Positions 50,601 to 59,112 of a DNA stretch of 64,000 nt are shown here, in pieces; the stretch's first letter is position 1; the number at the start of each line of letters is the position of its first letter. The notes under the pieces were generated by a model. The model searched no databases. It was given only the letters and a program-made list of their open reading frames with translations, and was not told the origin of the DNA. A program made the translations under genes and the position numbers. The stretch is from Nanobdellota archaeon (GTDB taxonomy: Archaea; Nanobdellota; Nanobdellia; PEZQ01), in assembly GCA_018220985.1 (NCBI GenBank), contig JAAOXS010000021.1, positions 24,274 to 88,273 of the forward strand, read 5' to 3'.

Positions 50601-51966
50601 AGAAGGCATGGAAAAATCCATTGAAAACGCTTACGAAAAATACGAAAAAGAACAAAGCGGGGTAAGATTAACAAAACTTGTTGAACAACGTGAAAAAATA
50701 ATTTCAGAAGTTGACAACATAGAAACAAAAGTTAACTCTTACGAAAACAATGAGATAAGCCTAAGTCAACTAAGAAAATACGTGAACAGTATATACTATA
50801 AAATACAAGCCTACGACCAAGAAGTAGCTTATTACGCTGCAATGTCTGGACAAGAATTCCCAACATTCGAATTTGTAAACGTAAAAATAAACACGGAACA
50901 CGTTAAAATGGAATTATACGAGAAAGATTTTGAATACAGATTTGGAGGCGGAATTGGAGTATTCCAAGCAAAAACGTACAACAACGACCAAGAAAGAGAA
51001 TACGAATTAGAATTCGCACCAACAAATGTTGAAACAACAAAAGTTGTGAAACAAACTTCATCAGATTCATTTATTCAAGAAGAATATAATGAACAAGGAT
51101 TTGAAGAATTCACAGGAAACTTTATAGCAGTAACAGGCAGACCAATACAACCAATAACCACAGATGTGAAAGCAATAAGTTCAACAGCAGTTTCAACAAC
51201 GCTCGCTAAAGGAGATGTGCAAGACACTGAAATTGAAATCTTTGACGAAGACGTAGCTCGAGAAATAGAATTCGAGAAACAAAAAATTGTTGAAGAAAGA
51301 TACGAAGACATAAGCATGTTCAGAGAGCAAGAAATGGAAACTAAATCAATTAACAAAATAATCAACAAAAAGAAAGGTTACAGCGGAGAAAGAATAATAA
51401 TTAAAGGAATTAAGCCAAGACTTAAACTCAGCACTCAAATGACTGATACAGAAATAATGCGCTTAGCGGAAGAACTGAAAACGAAATGGAGCGAAGCAGC
51501 AGAACTAGGATACATTGACGACGCAGTATACAACATGAACATGCATATAGATAACTTTCCAGCACTGCAAGAAGCAATAACTTCTTGGGGAGATACAGCA
51601 CTATCCTTAAAACTAAACTATAAAGAAAACTCTGTTTTCGAATTCTCATTCAAAACAGAAGATGGATACATAGGATGGGTTAAGTATGGAATAGCTGAAA
51701 ACGCTGGAAGCGGAAGTGACAACATATACATAGAATTAGACTTTGAATCGTTACTACGACTAAGAAATTGGTGGGAAGACAAACTCAAAAACGCTGAAGG
51801 AATAATGGACGTAATAGGGGCTGTACCAGGATTTTTAGGTAACATGATTGGAATGCTTATGAACGGAGAAATAGTAATACAACCATTCGGTTCAATTTCA
51901 AAAATACCTCAATTCCTAAGCGTATTCTTCGAAGGAATAGTTCACACAACAGGAGTAGAAATATAA
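47659..51966 (+). CDS. Giant secreted protein (1435 aa) with Cys-rich CGDG repeats and four Trp-rich tandem domains
   Basis: Signal peptide and CG[D/N]GxC repeats at the N-terminus. WEDEFG/WDDEFG/WKDEFG/WLDWETG recur every 150-165 aa. Confidence 0.85.
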   Translation: MGRRAILTTLVILALLPVVINEVKAETCTTDSDCSNYTYCDADACNGRITGICDTSISECACCITDGDCSSGYTCSTEGYCYDNSNYCGDGTCQDEEDCEQCPSDCGTCSVASVCGDGVCDADEDATNNFCEADCTYTTIGTDVCGNEICEGSENCDNCYVDCCEDNTITVECGNGICEDGEDCGSCSTDCWCDWEQEQQQKIDAYKATLILTSEEQTLASTIINSLKAVHTAATAYISSPSGTTAYNLAYQQRLKEQSFWDLEKNYAGTTLKKSGEYAILNYGSGRVNAWEDEFGNFQINGLDIIEGSGIRFGAHIWYNDWENKYGIGMWVDWDDNARNYEENIKNGWMDGEDVARQAQAAEDVKEIIATFTITDDNKEIANELINYMDTVYDLANEFTLNSDKIYKLQYEAELLNARMNGVAEGLSCNDVNEVSTYILVYSKGSVEVWDDEFGGKTLAQHKRLLDTDYVKLEINAGGCDDWSERGWMGTNLQWSRTVTENENYRTAITNARKSAWREAEALRQRYMVLEAKKLYTFTVEEENIAKEIIEKLNKFKEEIKEFEAGKVTAYKLHYDSILLTSELEGYSWAYPEIAKGIGEYVLLNGPGIPDVWKDEFGDIELGHNLRVHFGENIEFNLNRWCDEWRDFCGFNSWMQWGQLREDYRDDIKKAERDGWREAERKKRKTLADKFRKELQGEIEDVYSSAIKSFVSKAKNFMEGGATAYDVEMTRLEASYLLQKNIDEQKRDFIMVLDLGEDVPPPEAWLDWETGEIHIGGWRELVLTSKDGKEDVIAGMDTWCDDWDGFCGGNIWMNWPEWDRIKTDIHRANNDFWRQKREEEIKPMLSEIISKKTTYSSKDQTLINELSDLIETVEELGENYDTLGVENFQYSILVKRDVINDKLITAQDGSLIEIAVAEAEGYHDYDDWMQRLYGVAVYTGEKIDLVIRFYEKFTPFFLEAIEKTQGSEFAIEIEIVWKEWQEGMEKSIENAYEKYEKEQSGVRLTKLVEQREKIISEVDNIETKVNSYENNEISLSQLRKYVNSIYYKIQAYDQEVAYYAAMSGQEFPTFEFVNVKINTEHVKMELYEKDFEYRFGGGIGVFQAKTYNNDQEREYELEFAPTNVETTKVVKQTSSDSFIQEEYNEQGFEEFTGNFIAVTGRPIQPITTDVKAISSTAVSTTLAKGDVQDTEIEIFDEDVAREIEFEKQKIVEERYEDISMFREQEMETKSINKIINKKKGYSGERIIIKGIKPRLKLSTQMTDTEIMRLAEELKTKWSEAAELGYIDDAVYNMNMHIDNFPALQEAITSWGDTALSLKLNYKENSVFEFSFKTEDGYIGWVKYGIAENAGSGSDNIYIELDFESLLRLRNWWEDKLKNAEGIMDVIGAVPGFLGNMIGMLMNGEIVIQPFGSISKIPQFLSVFFEGIVHTTGVEI

Positions 51967-52014
51967 ACGAAAAAAAACCATTTATCTATTTTTTTTTATT
52001 TTTTTAACAAACCA

Positions 52015-52182
52015 TTAATGAACATTAGTTTTAAGGTTAAGATAAACAAGATTAGTATACTCTCCTATTTCTTTAGGTAAACTAACAATATTTTTGTTTG
52101 ATAAATTTAATCTAGTAATTCTTTTATCTATTTCAACACTAACTTCTTTAACTTTATACGTTAACTTCACAAAAAACAACAT
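52015..52182 (-). pseudogene. Leucine-rich-repeat fragment (55 aa), probable remnant
   Basis: Manual translation gives ...ITRLNLSNKNIVSLPKEIGEYTNLVYLNLKTNVH*, matching the LxxLxLxxNxLxxLPxEI consensus. Confidence 0.65.
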
Positions 52183-52214
52183 TTTTAATTAAAATTTAAA
52201 TATTATTATACATA

Positions 52215-52814
52215 ATGAGCGACTTTAATTTTGGAAAAATTACTGGAACAATGATAATCCTATGCATTGTAGGATTCATACTACAACAATTTATTGACAT
52301 GTCCACACTATACTTCTCACCAGACTATTTAACAAAACCATGGGTGCTAATCACATCACTATTCTTGCACGCAAACGTAATCCACTTAGCTTACAACTTG
52401 TACGCACTATTCATATTCGGAAACGTACTTGAAAAAAACACAAACCAAAAATTCACACTAACAATAATACTATTAGGCGGAATAAGTGGAAACATACTAT
52501 TCTCAATAATCTCACCATCAAACGCCATCGGATTCAGTGGAGCAATATACGCGCTAATGGGAAGCGTAACAATACTACTGCCAAACCTGAAAATCCCCCT
52601 ACCCCTCGGCTTCATCGCAGTACCAGCAAAAGCATGGTTCGCAGGACCAGTAATGGCATTAGGAGAACTATTACTAAGCATAACAAGCTTTGATAACATA
52701 GCGCACTCAGCTCACCTTGGAGGATTCGCACTCGGATTCATCATGAGCTGGTTTTGGAAAAAATATTACTACCAATCCATTACTTCCCTTTCAGCCCGAG
52801 AACTCCACGATTGA
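52215..52814 (+). CDS. Rhomboid intramembrane serine protease
   Basis: FLHANVIHLAYN, GFSG and AHSAHLGG motifs. Confidence 0.95.
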   Translation: MSDFNFGKITGTMIILCIVGFILQQFIDMSTLYFSPDYLTKPWVLITSLFLHANVIHLAYNLYALFIFGNVLEKNTNQKFTLTIILLGGISGNILFSIISPSNAIGFSGAIYALMGSVTILLPNLKIPLPLGFIAVPAKAWFAGPVMALGELLLSITSFDNIAHSAHLGGFALGFIMSWFWKKYYYQSITSLSARELHD

Positions 52815-53116
52815 ACTGCGCTAACAATCCTACTCTTAATATCCATCTTATCCTTAGTTTTGTACTTGAACAAGTAACCGCCACGAGACATGTTAACCTG
52901 AGTTTTCACCAATAATTTTTGTTTAACCAATTTCTTAACCGCTTTTTGAACAGTGCTTCTCTCAAAACCAGTGAGTTCAGAAATCTTAACAATTGAAAAC
53001 TTATCATGAGCCTTTAATAATTTAAGTAAAATGTTGTACTCTGTTTTGTTAAGATTAAAACTACACTTAATTATTTCGCGCAACTCAATTTTTTTACACG
53101 CGAAATCAATCATCAT
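52769..53116 (-). CDS. Winged-HTH transcriptional regulator (TrmB/MarR-like)
   Basis: IIKCSFNLNKTE, ERSTVQKAV and GGYLFKY motifs. Confidence 0.85.
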   Translation of the reverse strand: MMIDFACKKIELREIIKCSFNLNKTEYNILLKLLKAHDKFSIVKISELTGFERSTVQKAVKKLVKQKLLVKTQVNMSRGGYLFKYKTKDKMDIKSRIVSAVQSWSSRAEREVMDW

Positions 53117-53433
53117 ACGTTATCATCAACCCATTTCTGAATGCTTTCATTAGGCAACGTGCCCACAAATTCAGCTGTGACTTCCCCATTCTTGAACATT
53201 TTAACACTAGGAATACTCATAACACCATAAACTCCAGGCATAACCGTATTCTCTTCAACATTCATTTTAGCTAAAATAAACTTATCCTTGTTTTCTTTAG
53301 CTACTTCCTCAATAACTGGACCGAGCATTTTGCAAGGCATACACCAACCAGCCCAAAAATCAACAACAACAGGAATATCCTTTGATTTCCCTAAAACTTT
53401 TTCTTTAAAATTTCCATCATTAACATCAATCAT
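53113..53433 (-). CDS. trxA: Thioredoxin
   Basis: DFWAGWCMPC and SIP motifs. The ATG at 53433 follows a GAGGTGG SD. Confidence 0.95.
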   Translation of the reverse strand: MIDVNDGNFKEKVLGKSKDIPVVVDFWAGWCMPCKMLGPVIEEVAKENKDKFILAKMNVEENTVMPGVYGVMSIPSVKMFKNGEVTAEFVGTLPNESIQKWVDDNV

Positions 53434-53505
53434 GTTAAACCACCTCAATTGTGATAATAACAAGCACATGCATTTAAGGATTTCTTAAATGTGATTTTTT
53501 AACAA

Positions 53506-53826
53506 CTATTCATTCACAATACTTTCTAAAGAATTACCCTTTTTTTTTAATTTATTAAAATGGTTCTTACCTTCTTCAGTTAAATAATAAGTTACTCCCT
53601 TACTGTTTTTGTTGTTAAAATTATTTTTCGTATTAGCTTCAAAAGAATATAAATAGATGTTTTCACTTTTTAAACTATATACTGTGCTTTCAATAGTTGG
53701 TTTACCTAATTTAGTTTGTTCTGTTGCAAAAAGCATATGATTTGAGTTTGAAGGTGTAAATCCATCAGTATAATTATTACCCATGAGCAAAAATATTTTA
53801 GCTCTATTACTTAACTTGTTTTTCAT
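53506..53826 (-). CDS. Hypothetical protein, possibly winged-helix
   Basis: YYLTEEGK wing-like motif; AT-rich. Confidence 0.5.
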   Translation of the reverse strand: MKNKLSNRAKIFLLMGNNYTDGFTPSNSNHMLFATEQTKLGKPTIESTVYSLKSENIYLYSFEANTKNNFNNKNSKGVTYYLTEEGKNHFNKLKKKGNSLESIVNE

Positions 53827-53889
53827 ATTATTATAATACCCTCACTTTTTTCTAGTTAAGAATTAAAACTGCTTTTTAAACATTACTAT

Positions 53890-55386
53890 TTACTTAACAC
53901 GCCACTTAACACCACTATCAGTGTCCTCTAATTCAACACCCGCTTTCTTGAGTGCTGTGCGAATATCATCACTCGTAGCGTAATCCTTTTTAGAACGCGC
54001 TTCCACGCGAAGAGAAATTAACTGCTCCATTAAACCATCAATTTTGTTTTTCTTTTTTAGAGAACCACTTACTTTCTTAACTAACTCTTTCCAACTTAAA
54101 GTAACTTTAACACTAGAACCGCTTGTAACACCAATAACTATTTCCTTATCCAATCTTAAACCAAGAACTCTTAACAATTCCTTTACTGTCTCAACTGATT
54201 TTTCAAGAATTGACTTCTTATTACCCAAACTTTGAGAAACCTTTTTCAAAAAAAGCATTGTAACATCAACAGCTTTTGGAGTGTTTAAATCATCATCCAT
54301 AGCTTTCTCAAAACTAACTCTGTACTCCCTAATCCACTTATTCAAACTCTCGCTTTTACCGCCAGTGCTCTCCTGAACTCGTTCAAAAACTCTGTAAACG
54401 CGCAGAAGCAACGCTTCAGAATTCCGCACGTTTGACTTGTTAAAATCAATTTGCTTACGATAATGAGAAGAAACCAATGTTAACCTTAAAGCTTCCCAAT
54501 CATACATTTTCAAAGCATCCCTAATCAACAACATATTACCAGTACTTTTACTCATCTTTTCACCATTCAAAGTCATGAAAGTAGTGTGCATCCAATAATT
54601 CGCGAAACGCTTACTAGTAGCGGCTTCACTCTGAGCAATTTCATTAGGGTGATGTAAATACAAATGATCATAACCACCACCATGAATGTCCAAAGTTTCT
54701 CCCAAATATTTCATACTCATAGCAGAACATTCCACATGCCAACCAGGTACGCCAACACTCCAAGGACTATCCCACTTCATAATTACATTAGAATCAACTT
54801 TTCGCCAAAGAGTAAAATCATTAGGATCATTTTTATTAGTGTCTGCGTGCACACGGCACTTTGATTTTTTTTGAAGAATGGGTGTTGGCGAAAGAGTGCC
54901 ATAGTCTTTAAACTTACGCACTTTAAAGTATACGTTACCATCCTTTTCATACGCGTAACCACTTTTAATAATTCGTTTTGTTAAATCAATCATTTCCTGT
55001 ACGTGTTGTGTTGCACGAGGATAAATATCAGCCCTATTCAAATTTAGCGCGTCTAAATCTTCAAAATACCTTTGAATGAATTTTTCAACAAGAGCGTACG
55101 GATCAACTTTTCTTTCCTTAGCCCTTTTCTCAATTTTATCTTCACCCTCATCAGCATCACTTGTAAGATGACCTACATCAGTGAAGTTCTGCACGTGAGT
55201 AACCTCATACCCTTTGTAACGTAAATACCTAACGAGAACATCCCAATAAGAATACGTGCGCGCATGACCCAAATGCAAATCATCATAAACTGTTTGTCCG
55301 CAAGTATAAATGGAAACCTTACCTTTATGAATTGGTTTGAAAACCTCTTTCTTACGCGATAAACTATTATAAATTTTGAAACTCAT
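53890..55386 (-). CDS. cysS: Cysteine--tRNA ligase
   Basis: CGQTVYD..HLGH, PGWHVECSAM, HHPNE and KMSKS motifs. Confidence 0.98.
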   Translation of the reverse strand: MSFKIYNSLSRKKEVFKPIHKGKVSIYTCGQTVYDDLHLGHARTYSYWDVLVRYLRYKGYEVTHVQNFTDVGHLTSDADEGEDKIEKRAKERKVDPYALVEKFIQRYFEDLDALNLNRADIYPRATQHVQEMIDLTKRIIKSGYAYEKDGNVYFKVRKFKDYGTLSPTPILQKKSKCRVHADTNKNDPNDFTLWRKVDSNVIMKWDSPWSVGVPGWHVECSAMSMKYLGETLDIHGGGYDHLYLHHPNEIAQSEAATSKRFANYWMHTTFMTLNGEKMSKSTGNMLLIRDALKMYDWEALRLTLVSSHYRKQIDFNKSNVRNSEALLLRVYRVFERVQESTGGKSESLNKWIREYRVSFEKAMDDDLNTPKAVDVTMLFLKKVSQSLGNKKSILEKSVETVKELLRVLGLRLDKEIVIGVTSGSSVKVTLSWKELVKKVSGSLKKKNKIDGLMEQLISLRVEARSKKDYATSDDIRTALKKAGVELEDTDSGVKWRVK

Positions 55387-55431
55387 TTTATTGCACCTAA
55401 TATTTTTTTAGAATTAAGAATAGATAAATGT

Positions 55432-55461
55432 TCACTCCTTGCAGGGACAATCACTTTTCAT
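55432..55461 (-). promoter_or_regulatory. cysS leader uORF MKSDCPCKE* with a CCC-TGC site
   Basis: ATG AAA AGT GAT TGT CCC TGC AAG GAG TGA. The +1 frame is open to TGA at 55385-55383, overlapping the cysS ATG. Confidence 0.8.
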
Positions 55462-55596
55462 ATTAATTTATTATAATTAACTCCTGTTCTTTAAGATTTT
55501 CTTTAAAACAAATGCTTTCTAAACTAATTTTATTACTAAATCATTAAAAAACAGCTATGGGAATCTTTAAAAAACAATAAAGCCCGAAAATTGGCT

Positions 55597-55962
55597 ATGT
55601 TAAGCGAAAATGTTGCTAATAAACTCGTAGAAGAATTAACAAAAAAGGATTCAACATACAGCTTAAGCTATGATGATTCGACAATTCTTATAAGAAATAA
55701 ATCTAATGACTTCACAGGTAACTTGAATAACTACGAACCTGAAAAACTTCTAATAAACATTAAATCCCGAAAACACCACGCAATTTTTTGGCCTCATAAT
55801 TTTCCAAAAGTACTAGAACTACCAAAACTTCCAATATACATAGTTATAGCTGATAATAACTTAACACTTGATGATATTATGATTGGTTTGAAACATACTG
55901 AAAATTTTAAAGAATTTTACCCTAAAAATGATAATAAAATAGAATATTTACGAATTAGATAA
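55597..55962 (+). CDS. Hypothetical protein
   Basis: About 121 aa, AT-rich, no motif recognised. Confidence 0.5.
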   Translation: MLSENVANKLVEELTKKDSTYSLSYDDSTILIRNKSNDFTGNLNNYEPEKLLINIKSRKHHAIFWPHNFPKVLELPKLPIYIVIADNNLTLDDIMIGLKHTENFKEFYPKNDNKIEYLRIR

Positions 55963-57013
55963 CTCCAAAAACCATAAGCAAACCTAAACCCAACATTAAT
56001 ACACCAGCAACTAAATGCAACAACCTTAAATTCTTCTGCCTTAACCTCTCCGCTTTCTCAGTGCTAAAACCTTTCACGAACAATAAAGTTAAGAAAACCA
56101 TCGGCGCAATAAAAATTAAATTGTACAAAATCAACAACGGAATCGAACCAAGCATGGTGGTTTTACTTGCTAATAAACCAATAATAACGATGTACGGACC
56201 GCTCGTGCAAGGAGTTAAAAAAACGCTAACAATCAAACCCGTAAAAAACGCGCCTTTAGGAGAAGTAGTTGCTTTAAGCAACCGTTTCATGTGCGGTCGC
56301 CAACTCATAGGAACTTCCATTAACACACCTTTACCATACCAAAAGAAATCCTTAATATTCAACAAACCAACAATGATTGCTAAAACTCCAACACCCTTAA
56401 AAATTATGTTAGACAAACTAAAAACTTGAATAACACTGAATAAACCAAAACCCATCAAAAAATACGCGATAAAAATTGCGCTTGCAAAAGCCAAACCTGC
56501 TTTTAAAGCAGTTTTCTTATTACCTTTTAAGAGAATAGTTGAGATAAGAATTATTAAAACAGCGAACTCGCAGGGATTAATAGAATCAAGAAACGCGCCG
56601 GCAACCAATGCTCCAAGCGTTAAAGTTGTTACACCTTCTTCCATGTAAACATTCGCTCCAGGCTCACTGCAACCTGCTACGCTATAAAAATTAATTCTTT
56701 CCTTTAATACATCATAAATGTTTGAAGAATACTCTATTACATCAGCACCAATAAAAATAATTGGCGTCGCGCTTGGAGCAAAATCATACTGTTTGGCAAG
56801 AGTTGTTAATAAATTATAATTATCTAAACTTTCACGAATATCAAACTTTTCAACAATTAAATCTGAAAACTCGCTTTCTAATTGAGCAAGCACGGGCTCA
56901 GTGGCAGCGCAATGAGAACAACCTTCCTGATAAAAATAATATAAATGTGTTTCAGCAGCTAAACTCGTTAATGGTAATAATAACACCAATACGAACAATA
57001 ATGCTCGTCTCAT
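55955..57013 (-). CDS. Thioredoxin-like domain plus CcdA/DsbD-type TM domain (electron transport/disulfide pathway)
   Basis: Signal peptide, CSHC, DSINPC and TPCTSGPY motifs. Start at MRRAL (57013). Confidence 0.88.
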   Translation of the reverse strand: MRRALLFVLVLLLPLTSLAAETHLYYFYQEGCSHCAATEPVLAQLESEFSDLIVEKFDIRESLDNYNLLTTLAKQYDFAPSATPIIFIGADVIEYSSNIYDVLKERINFYSVAGCSEPGANVYMEEGVTTLTLGALVAGAFLDSINPCEFAVLIILISTILLKGNKKTALKAGLAFASAIFIAYFLMGFGLFSVIQVFSLSNIIFKGVGVLAIIVGLLNIKDFFWYGKGVLMEVPMSWRPHMKRLLKATTSPKGAFFTGLIVSVFLTPCTSGPYIVIIGLLASKTTMLGSIPLLILYNLIFIAPMVFLTLLFVKGFSTEKAERLRQKNLRLLHLVAGVLMLGLGLLMVFGVI

Positions 57014-57060
57014 GAAAAAACATTTAAACTGAAATACTATATAAACATTTGTTTCAAAAA

Positions 57061-57540
57061 ATGAAATCAATGACTTTAACTACAAAAGACTTAATGCTCT
57101 TATTTACAATTCTTTCAGGATTCATTTTCGCAGTATCATTCTCATCATATTATATTAATAATTTAATTCATGAAGGAAAAGTGTGCAGTTGTTTTATTCC
57201 AGTTCCATTACTCATAATGACTATGTCATCTCTCGGATTTTTTGTAGGTGGAATCGCATCATACTATTTCTTGCGAAGAATAATTGGTGAAAGAAAAGAA
57301 ACAAAAATCAACGCTGAAAAATCCTTAAACTTTTTGGAAGGTGATGAAAAAATTATAATAAAACAAATAATACAAAAACAAGGAGAAATCATGCAATCAT
57401 CAATTACTGGATTAACACGAGTCAGAACAACACGTGCAATTAAAAAATTAGAATCAAAACAAATTATTATCCGAGAAAAAAAAGGAATGACAAACAAAAT
57501 AATATTAGACAAACAAATAATGTCATTGTTCAAGAATTAA
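57061..57540 (+). CDS. Membrane-anchored winged-HTH protein
   Basis: Two TMs with a CSC loop, then FLEGDEK..QSSI..RVRTTRAIKKLE..REKKGMTN. Confidence 0.75.
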   Translation: MKSMTLTTKDLMLLFTILSGFIFAVSFSSYYINNLIHEGKVCSCFIPVPLLIMTMSSLGFFVGGIASYYFLRRIIGERKETKINAEKSLNFLEGDEKIIIKQIIQKQGEIMQSSITGLTRVRTTRAIKKLESKQIIIREKKGMTNKIILDKQIMSLFKN

Positions 57541-57549
57541 CTTGAGGAA

Positions 57550-57777
57550 TTATTTTAATTCCCCAAGCCTTTTCTTAATTGCAGAAAGCTCGTTCTCAAG
57601 AATTTTAGATTCACTCTCTAAAGATTCCTTTTCACTTATTGCAGTTAAAGGAACTTGCCTACAACCAAAACCCCTACCAAAACCCCTGCCTAAACCGCTT
57701 TTACCTTTACCACAATGTCCGCGACCAGCACCAGTAGGTCCTTTACCTGAAGGTCCTGTTCCATCAAAATTTGGCAT
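57550..57777 (-). CDS. DUF5320 family protein
   Basis: MPNFDGTGPSGKGPTGAGRGHC, GRGFG repeats and a C-terminal coiled coil. GAGGTGG SD. Confidence 0.9.
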   Translation of the reverse strand: MPNFDGTGPSGKGPTGAGRGHCGKGKSGLGRGFGRGFGCRQVPLTAISEKESLESESKILENELSAIKKRLGELK

Positions 57778-57797
57778 TTAAACCACCTCACAATGTT

Positions 57798-57819
57798 ATT
57801 ATGAATAAGTATTCATAAT
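57798..57819. promoter_or_regulatory. Palindromic operator upstream of the DUF5320 gene
   Basis: Perfect ATTATGAATA-AG-TATTCATAAT. A degenerate second copy lies at about 57834-57852, on the other side of the TTTAAA box. Confidence 0.7.
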
Positions 57820-57920
57820 TGGTATTTAAACGTTTCGAATAATCATTCATAACTTTTTTGTTTAATGTAAAATAACAGCAACCTAAAAACTTTTAAACAC
57901 AATAACTTTCAGTTTTTCTT

Positions 57921-59003
57921 ATGGTTTTAGAAAAAATACTAAATGACAAAGGATTAAATTACGCAATAGAAAACGATTTTATTAACATAAGTAAAACCAT
58001 TTTTAAACGCGACTTTGATGACTATTTTGTAAAAAGCAATGGAAATGAAATTCAACCAGCAACAGTGGATATGGGTTTTCTTTTAAACGATTTTTGCGAA
58101 TTTTCTAGTGGAAATTTTTCCTCAAATTATGAATCCGTAAGTTTTATGAAAGCAATTAATGATTATATACCAAAAAAAATACAAAAAAAAATTTTTTTTC
58201 TTGCTCATGAATTACGCGACCAAATTAATAAAAAAGAAATTTTAGATGTGTTACCACCATACAGTATTAATCAAATTCACCTTAATGATAGAATTACTAT
58301 GAATGATATGATAATGCGAGTGACCGCTAAAAGTTGTTTAGGAAGAATAGGATTAACCACCAATCACCCATTTTACCTTTATTCAGAACAAAAATATGAA
58401 AAAATGAAAAGACAATTTTCTTTTACACTAACTAATAAAACATCCATACCTTGGCGGTTCAAACCCTGTGAAAAAATAGTTCAAGCAATTTTTCAACCAA
58501 TTGATATTAACCTAGAACCATTATACGATAAAAGCATGTATGGAACAAAAACAGGCAAATTCCATGAATTAACAGCTGGAAATGAAATGACAATTATAAG
58601 ATATGATGAATTAATAACACAACTAATTGAAAACTCGGATAACGTGAATGATATGATTATGGATTTTGATAAAAGAAACGAAATCTTGAAACCATTCACT
58701 CACACAATAGAATTGTCAAAATCAAAACCTTACCATGTTCGAAACGGTGAACACGTAGCTGTTAAAACCCGTGAAAAAATCTCTTTAGACTCTAAAATAG
58801 GATTATACTTGGATGATGGTGCCAATGCAGGATGGGTTGACCCTGGATATGAAGGCCACTTATTTCCAAACCCTTATGATAAAAAAGTGAAAATTGGTGA
58901 TGTTATTGCTAAAGCTTACGAATACTATTTTCCTTCAGGCGTTCAAGATGTTTACGGAACTAAAAACAACACACATCAAAATAGTGAAAAATTTGGATTA
59001 TAA
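57921..59003 (+). CDS. dCTP deaminase-like protein (two-domain, dUTPase-like fold)
   Basis: IQPATVD, AKSCLGRIGL and NAGWVDPGYEG motifs. Confidence 0.7.
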   Translation: MVLEKILNDKGLNYAIENDFINISKTIFKRDFDDYFVKSNGNEIQPATVDMGFLLNDFCEFSSGNFSSNYESVSFMKAINDYIPKKIQKKIFFLAHELRDQINKKEILDVLPPYSINQIHLNDRITMNDMIMRVTAKSCLGRIGLTTNHPFYLYSEQKYEKMKRQFSFTLTNKTSIPWRFKPCEKIVQAIFQPIDINLEPLYDKSMYGTKTGKFHELTAGNEMTIIRYDELITQLIENSDNVNDMIMDFDKRNEILKPFTHTIELSKSKPYHVRNGEHVAVKTREKISLDSKIGLYLDDGANAGWVDPGYEGHLFPNPYDKKVKIGDVIAKAYEYYFPSGVQDVYGTKNNTHQNSEKFGL

Positions 59004-59005
59004 AA

Positions 59006-59076
59006 AGCCAGACCCCGGAGTTGAACCGGGTTGCACGGCTCTGCAGGCCGCTGCATAACCGTTCTGCCAGTCTGGC
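59006..59076 (-). tRNA. tRNA-Cys(GCA)
   Basis: GCCAGAC/GTCTGGC acceptor stem, GCGGC-CTGCAGA-GCCGT anticodon arm and GGTTCAACTCC T-arm. Confidence 0.96.
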
Positions 59077-59112
59077 ATTGTTATTAGAATAATTAACACT
59101 TAAAACGAGTTT

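Noticed and set aside
57661..57700. Short direct repeats CCAAAACCCCT
   Set aside because: They are explained by the GRGFG peptide repeats of the DUF5320 protein.
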